A DNA stretch of 64,000 bases from Mytilus edulis. Taxonomy: Eukaryota. The notes beneath the pieces are model-generated. The model made no database searches, was not told where the DNA came from, and saw nothing but the letters and a program-made list of their open reading frames with translations. A program made the translations under genes and the position numbers. Shown one piece after another: positions 63,607-64,000 of the stretch (the first letter of the stretch is position 1; each line of letters starts with the position of its first letter). The stretch covers positions 2,542,001-2,606,000 of the forward strand of contig NC_092352.1 in the NCBI RefSeq assembly GCF_963676685.1. The letters are read 5' to 3'.

Positions 63607-64000
63607 AAAATATTTTCAACGGGATTTTGGAAAAATGACACACAAGTAAAGCACACAGAACTTAAGATTTTGTTCAGAAAGATGAAGAATTCAGTTATTG
63701 ACTCAAAAGCCAGAAATACAACTGTTAAATATGCATACAGTTTTAAGCGTTTTGTAGTGTGGTCTGAAAAGTATACAGAAATCAAGTCTGTCCTTCCTGC
63801 AGACGAAATCTATGTCAGTTTATATCTTCAATATTTAATGCAAAGTGCTAAACATTACAGTACTATAGAAGCTGCATGTTACGCTATAAAGTGGGCTCAC
63901 AGTTTAGCTGGGTTTGAAGACCCATGTGCCTCGGATATAGTTAAATGTATTGTTGAGGCATCTAAAAGAAAGCTTAATAGGCCTATTCAGAAAAAAGAAC
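63607..64000 (+). CDS. Tyrosine recombinase, N-terminal core-binding part (partial)
   Basis: Hand translation KIFSTGFWK...SKARNTTVKYAYSFKRFVVW...LPADEIYVSLYL...YAIKWAHSLAGFEDP...RPIQKKE, open to the window end. Catalytic residues would lie beyond the window. Confidence 0.8.

Larger units (their letters stand above)
60430..64000 (+). mobile_element. Tyrosine-recombinase retrotransposon (DIRS order, Ngaro/DIRS-like), apparently intact, truncated by the window edge
   Basis: gag-like ORF, overlapping RT-RNaseH-MT ORF, then a YR ORF. Left boundary is approximate. Confidence 0.9.

Overview
AT-rich, repeat-dense eukaryotic (animal) DNA. The repeat families resemble those of a bivalve mollusc, probably a Mytilus mussel; this is from recall, not a search. 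Host genes: a tandem pair of TMEM151-family genes on the minus strand. One is an intact single-exon ORF (32843-33925). The other (28879-31550) has a large in-frame 10-aa repeat expansion and is disabled by two TAA stops and a retroelement insertion. Most other sequence is mobile DNA: two 5'-truncated Penelope-like (Naiad-type) RT relics and many dispersed 3'-end fragments (families called A-D here), degenerate minimal type I hammerhead (retrozyme-like) motifs, tRNA-derived SINEs, a non-autonomous Helitron, TIR elements with 5-bp or TA-type targets, Crypton-like palindromes, a CR1-like LINE tail, minisatellites, two local segmental duplications, and an apparently intact tyrosine-recombinase (DIRS/Ngaro-type) retrotransposon that runs off the right edge. 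The most striking signal is a type II SECIS-like stem-loop (9224-9318) just after the stop codon of the first Penelope-like ORF, suggesting a selenoprotein-encoding retrotransposon family. Most short ORFs in the track are spurious.
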